Origin: Candidatus Electronema aureum
GTDB lineage: Bacteria > Desulfobacterota > Desulfobulbia > Desulfobulbales > Desulfobulbaceae
DNA length: 13,257 bases
Direction: 5' to 3'
NCBI GenBank assembly: GCA_004284765.1
Contig: NQJD01000050.1
Span: forward strand, 1 to 13,257
Part shown: piece after piece, positions 1 through 6,981 of the stretch
Position numbering within the stretch: position 1 is the stretch's first letter
Layout: every line of letters begins with the position of its first letter
Notes under the pieces: generated by a model
The model's database searches: none
Told to the model about the DNA's origin: nothing
Seen by the model: the letters and a program-made list of their open reading frames with translations, nothing else
Position numbers and translations under genes: made by a program

Positions 1-245
1 CTTTCATAAGAACGGCGTTTGGCTGGCGGGCATTCGCCCTCTGAAAACTGAGACCAAGTCGGAAGTCAACTTTTTCAATATTATATTGTTTTTAATGGTA
101 AATTCAATGTGTTTTTTAGGGAGCCGTCCGCTTTGCCACTCATGGTTCACCATTACCCAACTTGGGGTATCATAATAATATGGAGCGGTTTCCCCGCTTG
201 AGGTGGAGAGTAGAAAAGGAAGTCCGTTAGGCGGCAGGGGCGGTA

Positions 246-274
246 TTGATAATACTTCCTATATGAGATACACT
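246..274 (+). promoter_or_regulatory. Candidate sigma70-type promoter for the MBL-fold gene
   Basis: -35 TTGATA (246-251), 17-nt spacer, -10 TACACT (269-274), about 60 nt upstream of ATG 335. Consensus match only. Confidence 0.3.
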
Positions 275-334
275 GACAGCAAAGCCTCTAAAAAAACGTC
301 AGAGCAGTAATATATCCCTCACAACCTGTCAATC

Positions 335-1432
335 ATGGAAGACGTACCGATGATGAAGCCTGTTGAACTGCGAAAAAACGTCTGGTGGTTAGCCCATCGT
401 TCTGACTCCCTGCTAGAGGTGAATGTCTATCTCCTCTGTTATCCGCACGAAAAAGGCCAAGCTAACCTCATGATTGACCCTGGCCCGCCAGAGTTACTCA
501 CTTACCTACAAAAGGCGGTTCTTCCGATCACCGGTGGATTAGATAAAATCCAAGCGGTGCTGATCAATCACCAAGACCCAGATGTTGCGCCCAATTCCGC
601 CTACATTCAGAAGCTCAACCCGCAGTGTATGGTGGTCGCTTCAGAAGATACGTGGCGACTCATTCAGTTCTTGGGCCTTAAAGCCAGCCGCTTCAAGGCA
701 GTGGAAAGTTACCGTAATCACCGCGCCATAATGCCGGGCGGCAACCGACTGATCTTTGTTCCCTCTCCTTTCTGCCATTTCCGGGGAGCAATGATGTATT
801 ACGATGAGCGCAGCCGCATCCTTTTTTCCGGCGACCTCTTTGGTGGGCTATCTTACAGTCATGACCTTTATGCCACCGAAGCCTCTTGGGAGGGCATCAA
901 GACCTTTCATCAGCTCTATATGCCCTCGCGTGACGCGCTCAAACTGGCCGTCTCCCGTATTCGCAATCTTGATCCACAGCCAGAGATGATTGCGCCGCAA
1001 CATGGTTCGATCATTCAGGGTGGCCTGATTAAAGATTTCTTAGACAGGATGTACAATCTGGAGGTAGGCTTAGACTTGCTCATTGCCGGAGAAAAGAAGG
1101 AGAATTATCTCGGCGCAGTCAACGAAATTCTCAACGAGTTAGAGAAGGAAGGTTCCGCTGATGCCTTAGCCAAGGGCATTGCTGCTCTCAATCGCGATCG
1201 CTCTTTCACCAGCATCATGACCTTTGTTGGCACCAGAGTAACTGGCTTCAAGGTTGATCCGCCGATTGCGGTCAAAATTCTGCTCGAACATCTCCGCACC
1301 TACGGCGGCACCGGATTAGAAAGTTTGGTCAATTTAGTCGCCCTGAAAACCCTGATCGGTCGCAACATTCCTATCGGCGACATCCTGCCGCAGTCCGGCG
1401 GAGAGCAGGATTTACCGGATTATTTTGAATAA
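335..1432 (+). CDS. Metallo-beta-lactamase-fold protein, flavodiiron/ODP-like di-iron domain, with a non-flavodoxin C-terminal region
   Basis: 365-aa ORF. Motifs are arranged as in FprA/ODP-type MBL domains: 'LINHQDPDV' (H79-x-D81-x-D83-V84, nt 569-586) at the HxExDH position, 'SPFCHFRGAMMYYDERSRILFSGDLFGG', and 'IAPQHGSII'. The last ~120 aa show no flavodoxin-type motif. There is no clear SD before ATG 335. ATG 350/353, preceded by GGAAGA, are alternative starts. Confidence 0.75.
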   Translation: MEDVPMMKPVELRKNVWWLAHRSDSLLEVNVYLLCYPHEKGQANLMIDPGPPELLTYLQKAVLPITGGLDKIQAVLINHQDPDVAPNSAYIQKLNPQCMVVASEDTWRLIQFLGLKASRFKAVESYRNHRAIMPGGNRLIFVPSPFCHFRGAMMYYDERSRILFSGDLFGGLSYSHDLYATEASWEGIKTFHQLYMPSRDALKLAVSRIRNLDPQPEMIAPQHGSIIQGGLIKDFLDRMYNLEVGLDLLIAGEKKENYLGAVNEILNELEKEGSADALAKGIAALNRDRSFTSIMTFVGTRVTGFKVDPPIAVKILLEHLRTYGGTGLESLVNLVALKTLIGRNIPIGDILPQSGGEQDLPDYFE

Positions 1433-1456
1433 TATCAATAAAGGCTGCTGGCTGCC

Positions 1457-2143
1457 ATGAACCGCAAAAACATCCTGATCGTTGACCGGAACAAGGACTT
1501 CATGCAGGAGCTGCGTGAGGCCCTGCTGCCCTACAGCGGTACCTATCAGACCGCCTTTGCTTCCAACACTGCTAAGACGCGTGAAATTTTGAGCCAATTC
1601 ACAGTGCATTTAGTTTTAGCCAATGTCCATCTTTCTGGTGAAAGCGGCATCCAGCTGCTGTTGCATGTGCGCCGCTGGCACGCTGATACCCATGTGGTGC
1701 TGTATAGCGACGATCTCTCTGAGGAGCTGAAGCGTTCTGCGTACCATAGCGGCGTGGCCGCGATCATTGAACATCCCTTTCGTATTGAAGACCTCCTCCG
1801 GCTGCTGACCCGCATTTTTGCACGAGAATCAGGCAGTGCTTTCTTTGACTCAGTTCATTTGGCTGACCTCCTCCAGTTGATCGGTATGGGCCATCATTCC
1901 GCTGATGTGGTGGTAACTAACGCCGCTGACCGGATGCGGGGCATCATTCGCATCCGCAAGGGCAATCTGATCGAGGCTGAGACAACAGAAAAACGAGGCG
2001 TGGAGGCAGTGACAGAAATGCTCTCTTGGCCCTGCCCGACCATCCGCACCTGCCGAGCTGCCTCTGGACTGACCACACCTACCAAAGCAGTACCCTTGCA
2101 TGATGTACTGATGCAGGCCGTGGCCCGACTTGATGAGAAATAG
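1457..2143 (+). CDS. Receiver-like (pseudo-receiver) domain protein with C-terminal DUF4388/PATAN-like domain
   Basis: 228-aa ORF starting 24 nt after the MBL gene. The N-terminus 'NILIVDRN...HLVLANVHLSGESG...VVLYSDD...AAIIEHPF' aligns to the CheY-type receiver. The C-terminal 'VHLADLLQLIGMGHHSADVVVTN...GIIRIRKGNLIEAETTEKRGVEAVTEMLSW' matches the DUF4388 pattern as I remember it. Confidence 0.75.
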   Translation: MNRKNILIVDRNKDFMQELREALLPYSGTYQTAFASNTAKTREILSQFTVHLVLANVHLSGESGIQLLLHVRRWHADTHVVLYSDDLSEELKRSAYHSGVAAIIEHPFRIEDLLRLLTRIFARESGSAFFDSVHLADLLQLIGMGHHSADVVVTNAADRMRGIIRIRKGNLIEAETTEKRGVEAVTEMLSWPCPTIRTCRAASGLTTPTKAVPLHDVLMQAVARLDEK

Positions 2144-2150
2144 CAAAAAA

Positions 2151-2609
2151 TTACTTGCCTTCCGCAATCATGCGGATAATGTCCGACGTGCCGATCACCC
2201 CGATTAATTGCCCGTTCTCATCCAGCACCGGCAGGGTATGTATCTTTTTTTCCGCCATCAGGGTAGCAACTTCCTCCAGCGGACTATCCTGCCGCACAGT
2301 GAGCGGATTGCTGGTGTAAATGTCTTTCACCTTGGTACCAGCCATCTTCATCATTTCCTTTTCCATTTTCTCAGGGTCTTCAAGAAAGAAAAAGGCATCC
2401 AGAATGGCAAAGGCTGTGGGAATATGCACCTTTTTATTTTGAAAGATCAGGTCGCTTTCTGTAACCACGCCGATCACTTTTCCTAAGCCATCAACCACTG
2501 GTACGCCGCTGATTCGGTTAGCGGCTAAAATTTTAGCCAGCTCGCGCACTTCGGTTTCTGCGGTTACGGCGATGACGTTGATGCTCATCAGGTCTTTTGC
2601 TGTCAACAT
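2151..2609 (-). CDS. CBS domain-pair protein
   Basis: 152-aa ORF with two CBS-like repeats ('DLMSINVIAV...ISGVPVVDGLGKVIGVVTESDL' and 'DIYTSNPLTV...IHTLPVLDENGQLIGVIGTSDII'). GAGGAA SD lies just upstream of ATG 2609. It is convergent with the + strand gene ending at 2143 (7-nt gap). Confidence 0.85.
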   Translation of the reverse strand: MLTAKDLMSINVIAVTAETEVRELAKILAANRISGVPVVDGLGKVIGVVTESDLIFQNKKVHIPTAFAILDAFFFLEDPEKMEKEMMKMAGTKVKDIYTSNPLTVRQDSPLEEVATLMAEKKIHTLPVLDENGQLIGVIGTSDIIRMIAEGK

Positions 2610-2620
2610 GCTGTGTTCCT

Positions 2621-4219
2621 CTATTGGTATTGAATTTGGTTTATCTGCGTGACCGCAAAGGGCAGTGCTGCCGCGACCTCTGCTGCGGTGAAACCCTGCC
2701 TTCGTTCCTCGGCCAGCAGGTCAGCGGCCAAGCCGTGCAGGAAAACTCCGGCTGCTGCCGCATCCCAAGGTGTATAGCCTTGCGCCAGCAGTCCGCCGAT
2801 GAATCCGGCCAGCACATCGCCCATGCCACCGACAGCCATACCGCTGTTGCCGCTGCTGTTGATCGCCCAGCCCCCTTTGTTTGAGCAGACCACAGTGCCT
2901 GCGCCTTTCAGCACCGTGATGATTTCGTGGTTGTCTCGGATTTCCGCTTCTGCCAGCCAGTCTGCCGCCTTGAGCCGATCTGCCTGAATCTCCGCTGTCC
3001 GCAAGCCGGTGAGTCGAGCCATTTCGCCGGGATGCGGCGTAAGAATACGCGGCCCGGCAATCTCTCTTATGCAGCATGGCTCCAAGGACAGCAAGTTGAG
3101 CGCATCGGCATCTACCAGCAGAGGCGCGGGCAGCTCTTGGTGTAGTCGCCGTACCAGTTTGCCGGTCTCTGGTGCGGTGCTTAAACCAGGGCCGATAATC
3201 GCCGCATCCTTGTCGGCCATGAGGATGCGGATCAGTTTATAATCAGCCGATGACAGACATCCGTCCGAATGTGGTAGCAGCACCGTCATCGCTTCTGGCA
3301 GACTGGCGGCAAAAATCGGATTCAGTGCAGCTGGCACAGCCAGCGTCACCAAGCCGCAGCCGCTACGCAAGGCCGCTTTGGCTGCTAAGATGGCTGCACC
3401 GGTTTTACCTTCAGAACCGGCCAAAATGAGCAGATGACCGAAGCTACCCTTATGGGCTGCCTTGGCACGAGGCAGCAGCAGCGCAGCGACGCTCCGACGA
3501 TTAAGCAGCTGACCGGACAGTTTGGCAGAAGCAATCACCTGCTCTGGGATCCCGATGTCCACGACCTCTAGTTTACCGACCGCCGTGCCGCCGTGCAGAT
3601 AATGCCCCGGCTTGGGTAAACCGTAGGTCACGGTTAAATCCGCTTCAACCACGCAACCCAGCGGCATTCCAGTCTGAGCACAGAGACCGGAAGGAATATC
3701 CACCGCTGTTATCGGCCAGTGCTGCCGCCGAGCAAGATCATTGATACAACGAACAGCAGCGGCAAAGCGGCCTTCGAGCTTGCGGCTCAGGCCAATGCCG
3801 AACAGAGCATCGACTATACTGTGAATTGGATGATCAAAATGCAGTTGCTTGATTTTATCAATGAGCTGAGAAATTTCCTCTTCTTTGCGAATGATGCAAT
3901 GGGCGATCCAGAGCTTGCCGCAGATGCCCGCATTAATTGCTGCATCACCTTTTAACTGTTCTGGTTCGACCAAAAAAATGAGCAAAGGTGAGCCGCCGCG
4001 TTGAAGAACATGCCGAGCAATCACCAAACCATCGCCGCCGTTATTGCCCGGCCCGATAAAAATGCAAACGCTCTTGCCACCAACTGGACCGAATTGCGCC
4101 TCCATGCAATCAAGCGTCGCTCGGCCTGCGTTTTCCATCAGCACCAAGCAGGGAATGCCGAATTCCTCAATTGCTGCTTGATCGATGGCCTGCATCTGCT
4201 TTGGGGTGGCTATGTTCAT
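2621..4219 (-). CDS. nnr: Bifunctional NAD(P)H-hydrate repair enzyme (NAD(P)HX epimerase / ADP-dependent NAD(P)HX dehydratase)
   Basis: 532-aa ORF. The N-terminal YjeF_N hallmark is 'IFIGPGNNGGDGLV'. C-terminal carbohydrate-kinase-type motifs are 'GHLLILAGSEGKTGAAILAAKAALRSGCGLVTL', 'VLKGAGTVV' and 'GGMGDVLAG'. Confidence 0.9.
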   Translation of the reverse strand: MNIATPKQMQAIDQAAIEEFGIPCLVLMENAGRATLDCMEAQFGPVGGKSVCIFIGPGNNGGDGLVIARHVLQRGGSPLLIFLVEPEQLKGDAAINAGICGKLWIAHCIIRKEEEISQLIDKIKQLHFDHPIHSIVDALFGIGLSRKLEGRFAAAVRCINDLARRQHWPITAVDIPSGLCAQTGMPLGCVVEADLTVTYGLPKPGHYLHGGTAVGKLEVVDIGIPEQVIASAKLSGQLLNRRSVAALLLPRAKAAHKGSFGHLLILAGSEGKTGAAILAAKAALRSGCGLVTLAVPAALNPIFAASLPEAMTVLLPHSDGCLSSADYKLIRILMADKDAAIIGPGLSTAPETGKLVRRLHQELPAPLLVDADALNLLSLEPCCIREIAGPRILTPHPGEMARLTGLRTAEIQADRLKAADWLAEAEIRDNHEIITVLKGAGTVVCSNKGGWAINSSGNSGMAVGGMGDVLAGFIGGLLAQGYTPWDAAAAGVFLHGLAADLLAEERRQGFTAAEVAAALPFAVTQINQIQYQ

Positions 4220-4234
4220 GGGTATCTTGTCTTG

Positions 4235-5248
4235 CTACGGTCGCATCTCTTGCTTTAACATGCAGCAGGAAATGCGATGTTTTAGACTACCGTCTGGGAG
4301 ATAGTCAAGATTATCTGACTGAAGCAGCTTATTCATCACACAGCCTTCAGGGATGCTCAGATTGAAAAAACGGTCTTCGTTCAGACCCTGCTGCTGCACC
4401 AGCTCACTGTTTTCGATACAGAAACTGTGGATGGGGTAATCCTCACAGAGCGGGCAGCGATAGACCCGACCGTTAGGAAAAACGAAGTAATTTTCCGCTG
4501 CTAACCCAGCACAGGAAAAGGATTCACCCGGCTCCAGAAAAACCTTGGGATAGGTGACGTGGATGCCGAGTCGAGCGGCTTGTCGAGCGGTCTCCGGCAC
4601 GACCTCCAGCCAGCCAGCGCGATCAACTTGGAGGTTTTCCGCGCCACCAGTTGCTGAGTTACCGCGCAGTCCGATGACTTGGATAAAAAAACGCTGCACG
4701 CCCAGCTGAGTAAGCAAGGCGGGCATTCGGTGCAAGTGGTCGATGTTCAGGGCAGAAACCGTGCAAATCAGGCTGGTGCGAAAACCGAGCGAAACCGCCT
4801 GGCGTAGGTTCTCTGTGCAAACCGCAAAAACGCCCTTGCCTCGGATGGGATCGTTCACTGCCGCATCTGGTCCATCTAAGCTAAAGCTGAGGAAATCTAA
4901 CTCCACTGGTCTCACCCGCTTCAACAGGTCGTGAAAAAGAAAGCCGTTGGAATCAACAGTTACGGCATAGCGCAGAGCCTTGGCTGCTCGGATGATCGCG
5001 GCCAAATCAGGATGCAAGGTCGGTTCACCGCCGAGCAAAATCAGATTGCTCTCGCGTTCAGGTCGAGCAAAAAGCCGCAGCCATTGCCGCACAGTTTCTG
5101 TGGGCAGCATGGTCGTGCCGTGCTGGGTCGGATTGATATAGCAGTGGCGACAGGAGAGATTGCACTGGGTGAGCAGGTGGAGGAAGACATTGCGCTCACC
5201 GGGTTTAAAATCAACCGTTCGCGCGATCAATTCGTTGAAATTCTGCAC
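4235..5248 (-). CDS. Radical SAM enzyme with C-terminal SPASM/twitch-like cysteine motif, substrate unknown
   Basis: 337-aa ORF. 'CNLSCRHCY' (CxxxCxxC, nt 5141-5164) and 'LLGGEPTL' are present. The C-terminal motif is 'C-x13-G-x4-C-x2-C-x8-C' (nt 4418-4513), with further Cys at 303 and 328-329. The start must be non-ATG (GTG 5248 or TTG 5230), because the first in-frame ATG (M47) lies after the cluster motif. Confidence 0.8.
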   Translation of the reverse strand: MQNFNELIARTVDFKPGERNVFLHLLTQCNLSCRHCYINPTQHGTTMLPTETVRQWLRLFARPERESNLILLGGEPTLHPDLAAIIRAAKALRYAVTVDSNGFLFHDLLKRVRPVELDFLSFSLDGPDAAVNDPIRGKGVFAVCTENLRQAVSLGFRTSLICTVSALNIDHLHRMPALLTQLGVQRFFIQVIGLRGNSATGGAENLQVDRAGWLEVVPETARQAARLGIHVTYPKVFLEPGESFSCAGLAAENYFVFPNGRVYRCPLCEDYPIHSFCIENSELVQQQGLNEDRFFNLSIPEGCVMNKLLQSDNLDYLPDGSLKHRISCCMLKQEMRP

Positions 5249-5738
5249 AAGTGTATGAAGCCAGCAGGCTGCCCTGCCAGTAAGAGTGCTCTTGAAAAAA
5301 GCGAGCGAAGAGAGCCAAACTCTCGTTGCGCAGCAGGCCCGGTAGCAGATCCACGTGCATTTCCCGATAGAGCGGTGCTAACTGCGCTAACGGCAACGCG
5401 GTGCCGCCGCCCATCACGTCTTCATAGGCCCAGATAAAACGGCGGATGCCAGAAAGCAGCAGGGTGCTAAAGCACATCAGGCAGGGTTCGAGTGTCGAAT
5501 ATACCGTAATCTTGCTACAATCCACGCGGGGCTGCTCGGCTAACAGACTGCGCAGGGTGATACTTTCGGCATGATCCAGCTCGTTGCGCGATGCGCTGCC
5601 ACTGTTGCGGCGACGGCCTTGGGCGAGAATTTTTCCATCCAATGCCAGCACACAACCAACCGGAAACTCACCTGCTTCTAACGCCAACTGCGCTTCGGCT
5701 AAAGCCACCTCCATCAATTGCTTATCCTGAACGATCAT
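5211..5738 (-). CDS. CDA-fold nucleoside/nucleotide deaminase (TadA / guanine-deaminase-like)
   Basis: Zinc-deaminase motifs 'HAE' and 'PCxxC' occur in 'ELDHAESITLR...VYSTLEPCLMCFSTLL' (nt 5472-5573). The N-terminus 'MIVQDKQLMEVALAEAQLALEAGEFPVGCVL' is typical for the family, so ATG 5738 is preferred over the track's ATG 5810, which would overlap the upstream gene by 71 nt. No obvious SD. The upstream stop (5740-5742) is 1 nt away, suggesting coupling. Confidence 0.75.
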   Translation of the reverse strand: MIVQDKQLMEVALAEAQLALEAGEFPVGCVLALDGKILAQGRRRNSGSASRNELDHAESITLRSLLAEQPRVDCSKITVYSTLEPCLMCFSTLLLSGIRRFIWAYEDVMGGGTALPLAQLAPLYREMHVDLLPGLLRNESLALFARFFQEHSYWQGSLLASYTCAEFQRIDRANG

Positions 5739-5739
5739 A

Positions 5740-6981
5740 TTACAACGTTCTGCCAAAATGGAGGATACTTTTGTTGATAGCCACGCCGGTCTGCGATTGC
5801 ACCCAGTCATGGTGCTGATCTTGAAAAGGAAGATAAATCAATGAGGTGGCTATCGTTTCTGGCTCTGCGCTGGGTAGCTTAGAATAGAGAGCAGGCCCGT
5901 TGGCGGCGGAGAAGGCCAGCATAACCTTGATGGCTTGCCGTGCCTCATTGAGAGGTAGCGTCACAGGGTATAGATTGGCAACCGCCTTGATTTTCAGGTC
6001 TCTTTCTGTCCCAAGCTGTCGTTGACTGACAGTGATTTGCTTGCCGGTGCGAAGAAAAATTTCTGGCCGTAGCTTAAAAGCTGGAATCCAGAACTGCATG
6101 GCCTGATTGCGCCATTCCGGGCGGACTACCATTGGCTGGTTTGTACGCTCGATGAAATCAGCAAAGGTGCGGATATCCAGAGTAGAAAGCCGGACAGCGA
6201 TCTTCCAAAAAGGTAAGTGCAAGGCTGCCTCATCTTTGTTGCTGAGTATGGTTCTACAAAGCATCCGCTCTAATCCATGAGCAGCAATCTGCCAAGCTGT
6301 ATCGCAGTTGGTGCAGGTAGTTACAAGGCAGTCGCCTTCGCCGTCCAAATTGCCGCCACAGCGTGGACAGAGCGCAGCGAGAAATTTCATTTGCCAGTGC
6401 GACTGAAAAGGGACACCGCCCAAGGCTTGACTTGAGGCGGTCAGTGGTTGCCCTAAAACCGCATCGAACAGCCCGTCTTCCCGGATCAATAGGGGAAGAT
6501 AGATAAAACTGATGATTTCACCAATAAAGGCATGATGATAGACAATGCTATCATTGTTCCCATCGATCAAGTTGTGGAGCTTGGTTGCCTTTTCAAAAAC
6601 CTTTTTGGCTTCAATCGCAAGAGGTAAAAAGCGGCCTTTTGTCTCACTGCTGACCCGAACAAGGCTCATAGTTTGGGGCCGCAGACCGAGGGAAGCGGGC
6701 AATCCGGGCAGGCCGCAGCCGTCTTGGGTGGTGTCCACAATCCGGTGCGAGACCCCAGAAGCAGCCACGGAAAAAATATTGCCCTTGAAACGGAGATAGG
6801 GAGCATAAACTAACCGAGCCTGATCTTTGGCCCGGTTTGGGAGGGAGTAGCGGAACGGCCCACCCCCGGTGAGAAGAAAGTTTTTCACCTTGCAGTAGGG
6901 ACAGGTCAATAAGCGGTCAGCCGCTGAGAGCGTGACCGCACCGCCGCACTGAGGGCAAGGCTGTTCAACCCGGATGTTCAC
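5740..6981 (-). CDS. Hypothetical protein with two zinc ribbons and an internally duplicated architecture
   Basis: 413-aa ORF. Zinc ribbon 1 is 'CPQCGG..x12..CPYC' (nt 6892-6957). Zinc ribbon 2 is 'CPRCGG...C....CTNC' (nt 6304-6369). Each is followed by ~170 aa ending in 'IYLP(L/F)'. The GTG start overlaps the SPFH stop (GTGA, 6978-6981). I recognise no family. Confidence 0.7.
   Translation of the reverse strand: MNIRVEQPCPQCGGAVTLSAADRLLTCPYCKVKNFLLTGGGPFRYSLPNRAKDQARLVYAPYLRFKGNIFSVAASGVSHRIVDTTQDGCGLPGLPASLGLRPQTMSLVRVSSETKGRFLPLAIEAKKVFEKATKLHNLIDGNNDSIVYHHAFIGEIISFIYLPLLIREDGLFDAVLGQPLTASSQALGGVPFQSHWQMKFLAALCPRCGGNLDGEGDCLVTTCTNCDTAWQIAAHGLERMLCRTILSNKDEAALHLPFWKIAVRLSTLDIRTFADFIERTNQPMVVRPEWRNQAMQFWIPAFKLRPEIFLRTGKQITVSQRQLGTERDLKIKAVANLYPVTLPLNEARQAIKVMLAFSAANGPALYSKLPSAEPETIATSLIYLPFQDQHHDWVQSQTGVAINKSILHFGRTL

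Noticed and set aside
1-334. Possible riboswitch, sRNA or tRNA, or a gene end, in the 334-nt leader (e.g. small hairpin GAGCGG-UUUCC-CCGCUU at 183-199; GGAAGT/ACTTCC repeat around 216-260; frame-3 stop at 40-42)
   Set aside because: I could not match any riboswitch or tRNA consensus. The hairpins are short and lack T-tracts. The 13-codon frame ending at 42 is too short to call. An Rfam/Infernal scan would be needed.
2597-3242. Multiple overlapping ORFs on both strands (2597-2884 +, 2641-2829 -, 2721-3077 -, 2799-2987 +, 2927-3145 +, 3009-3242 +)
   Set aside because: All lie inside the well-supported nnr gene. Their Arg/Ala/Ser/Pro-rich, low-complexity translations are typical shadow ORFs of a GC-rich coding region, and none shows a recognisable motif.
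4235-5248. Radical SAM gene as a prokaryotic viperin (pVip) antiviral enzyme
   Set aside because: Viperins bind a single cluster and lack the C-x13-G-x4-C-x2-C SPASM/twitch-type motif seen here, and I see no viperin-like C-terminal signature. The nucleotide-modification idea is retained only as a hypothesis in the findings.
5211-5248. Deaminase and radical SAM as one gene split by a frameshift
   Set aside because: The deaminase is already full length for its family (175 aa) with a natural C-terminus. The overlap is in different frames and has no homopolymer slippery run. Overlapping coupled genes is the simpler explanation.
4931-5437. 168-aa + strand ORF antisense to the radical SAM and deaminase genes
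   Set aside because: It is antisense to two genes with clear catalytic motifs. The translation is Arg/Ala-rich with no motif, so it is a shadow ORF.
5739-5810. Longer deaminase start at ATG 5810 (as in the ORF track)
   Set aside because: The extension 'MTGCNRRPAWLSTKVSSILAERCN' overlaps the upstream gene by 71 nt and is not deaminase-like. ATG 5738 gives the family-typical N-terminus. It cannot be fully excluded without proteomic or ribosome-profiling data.
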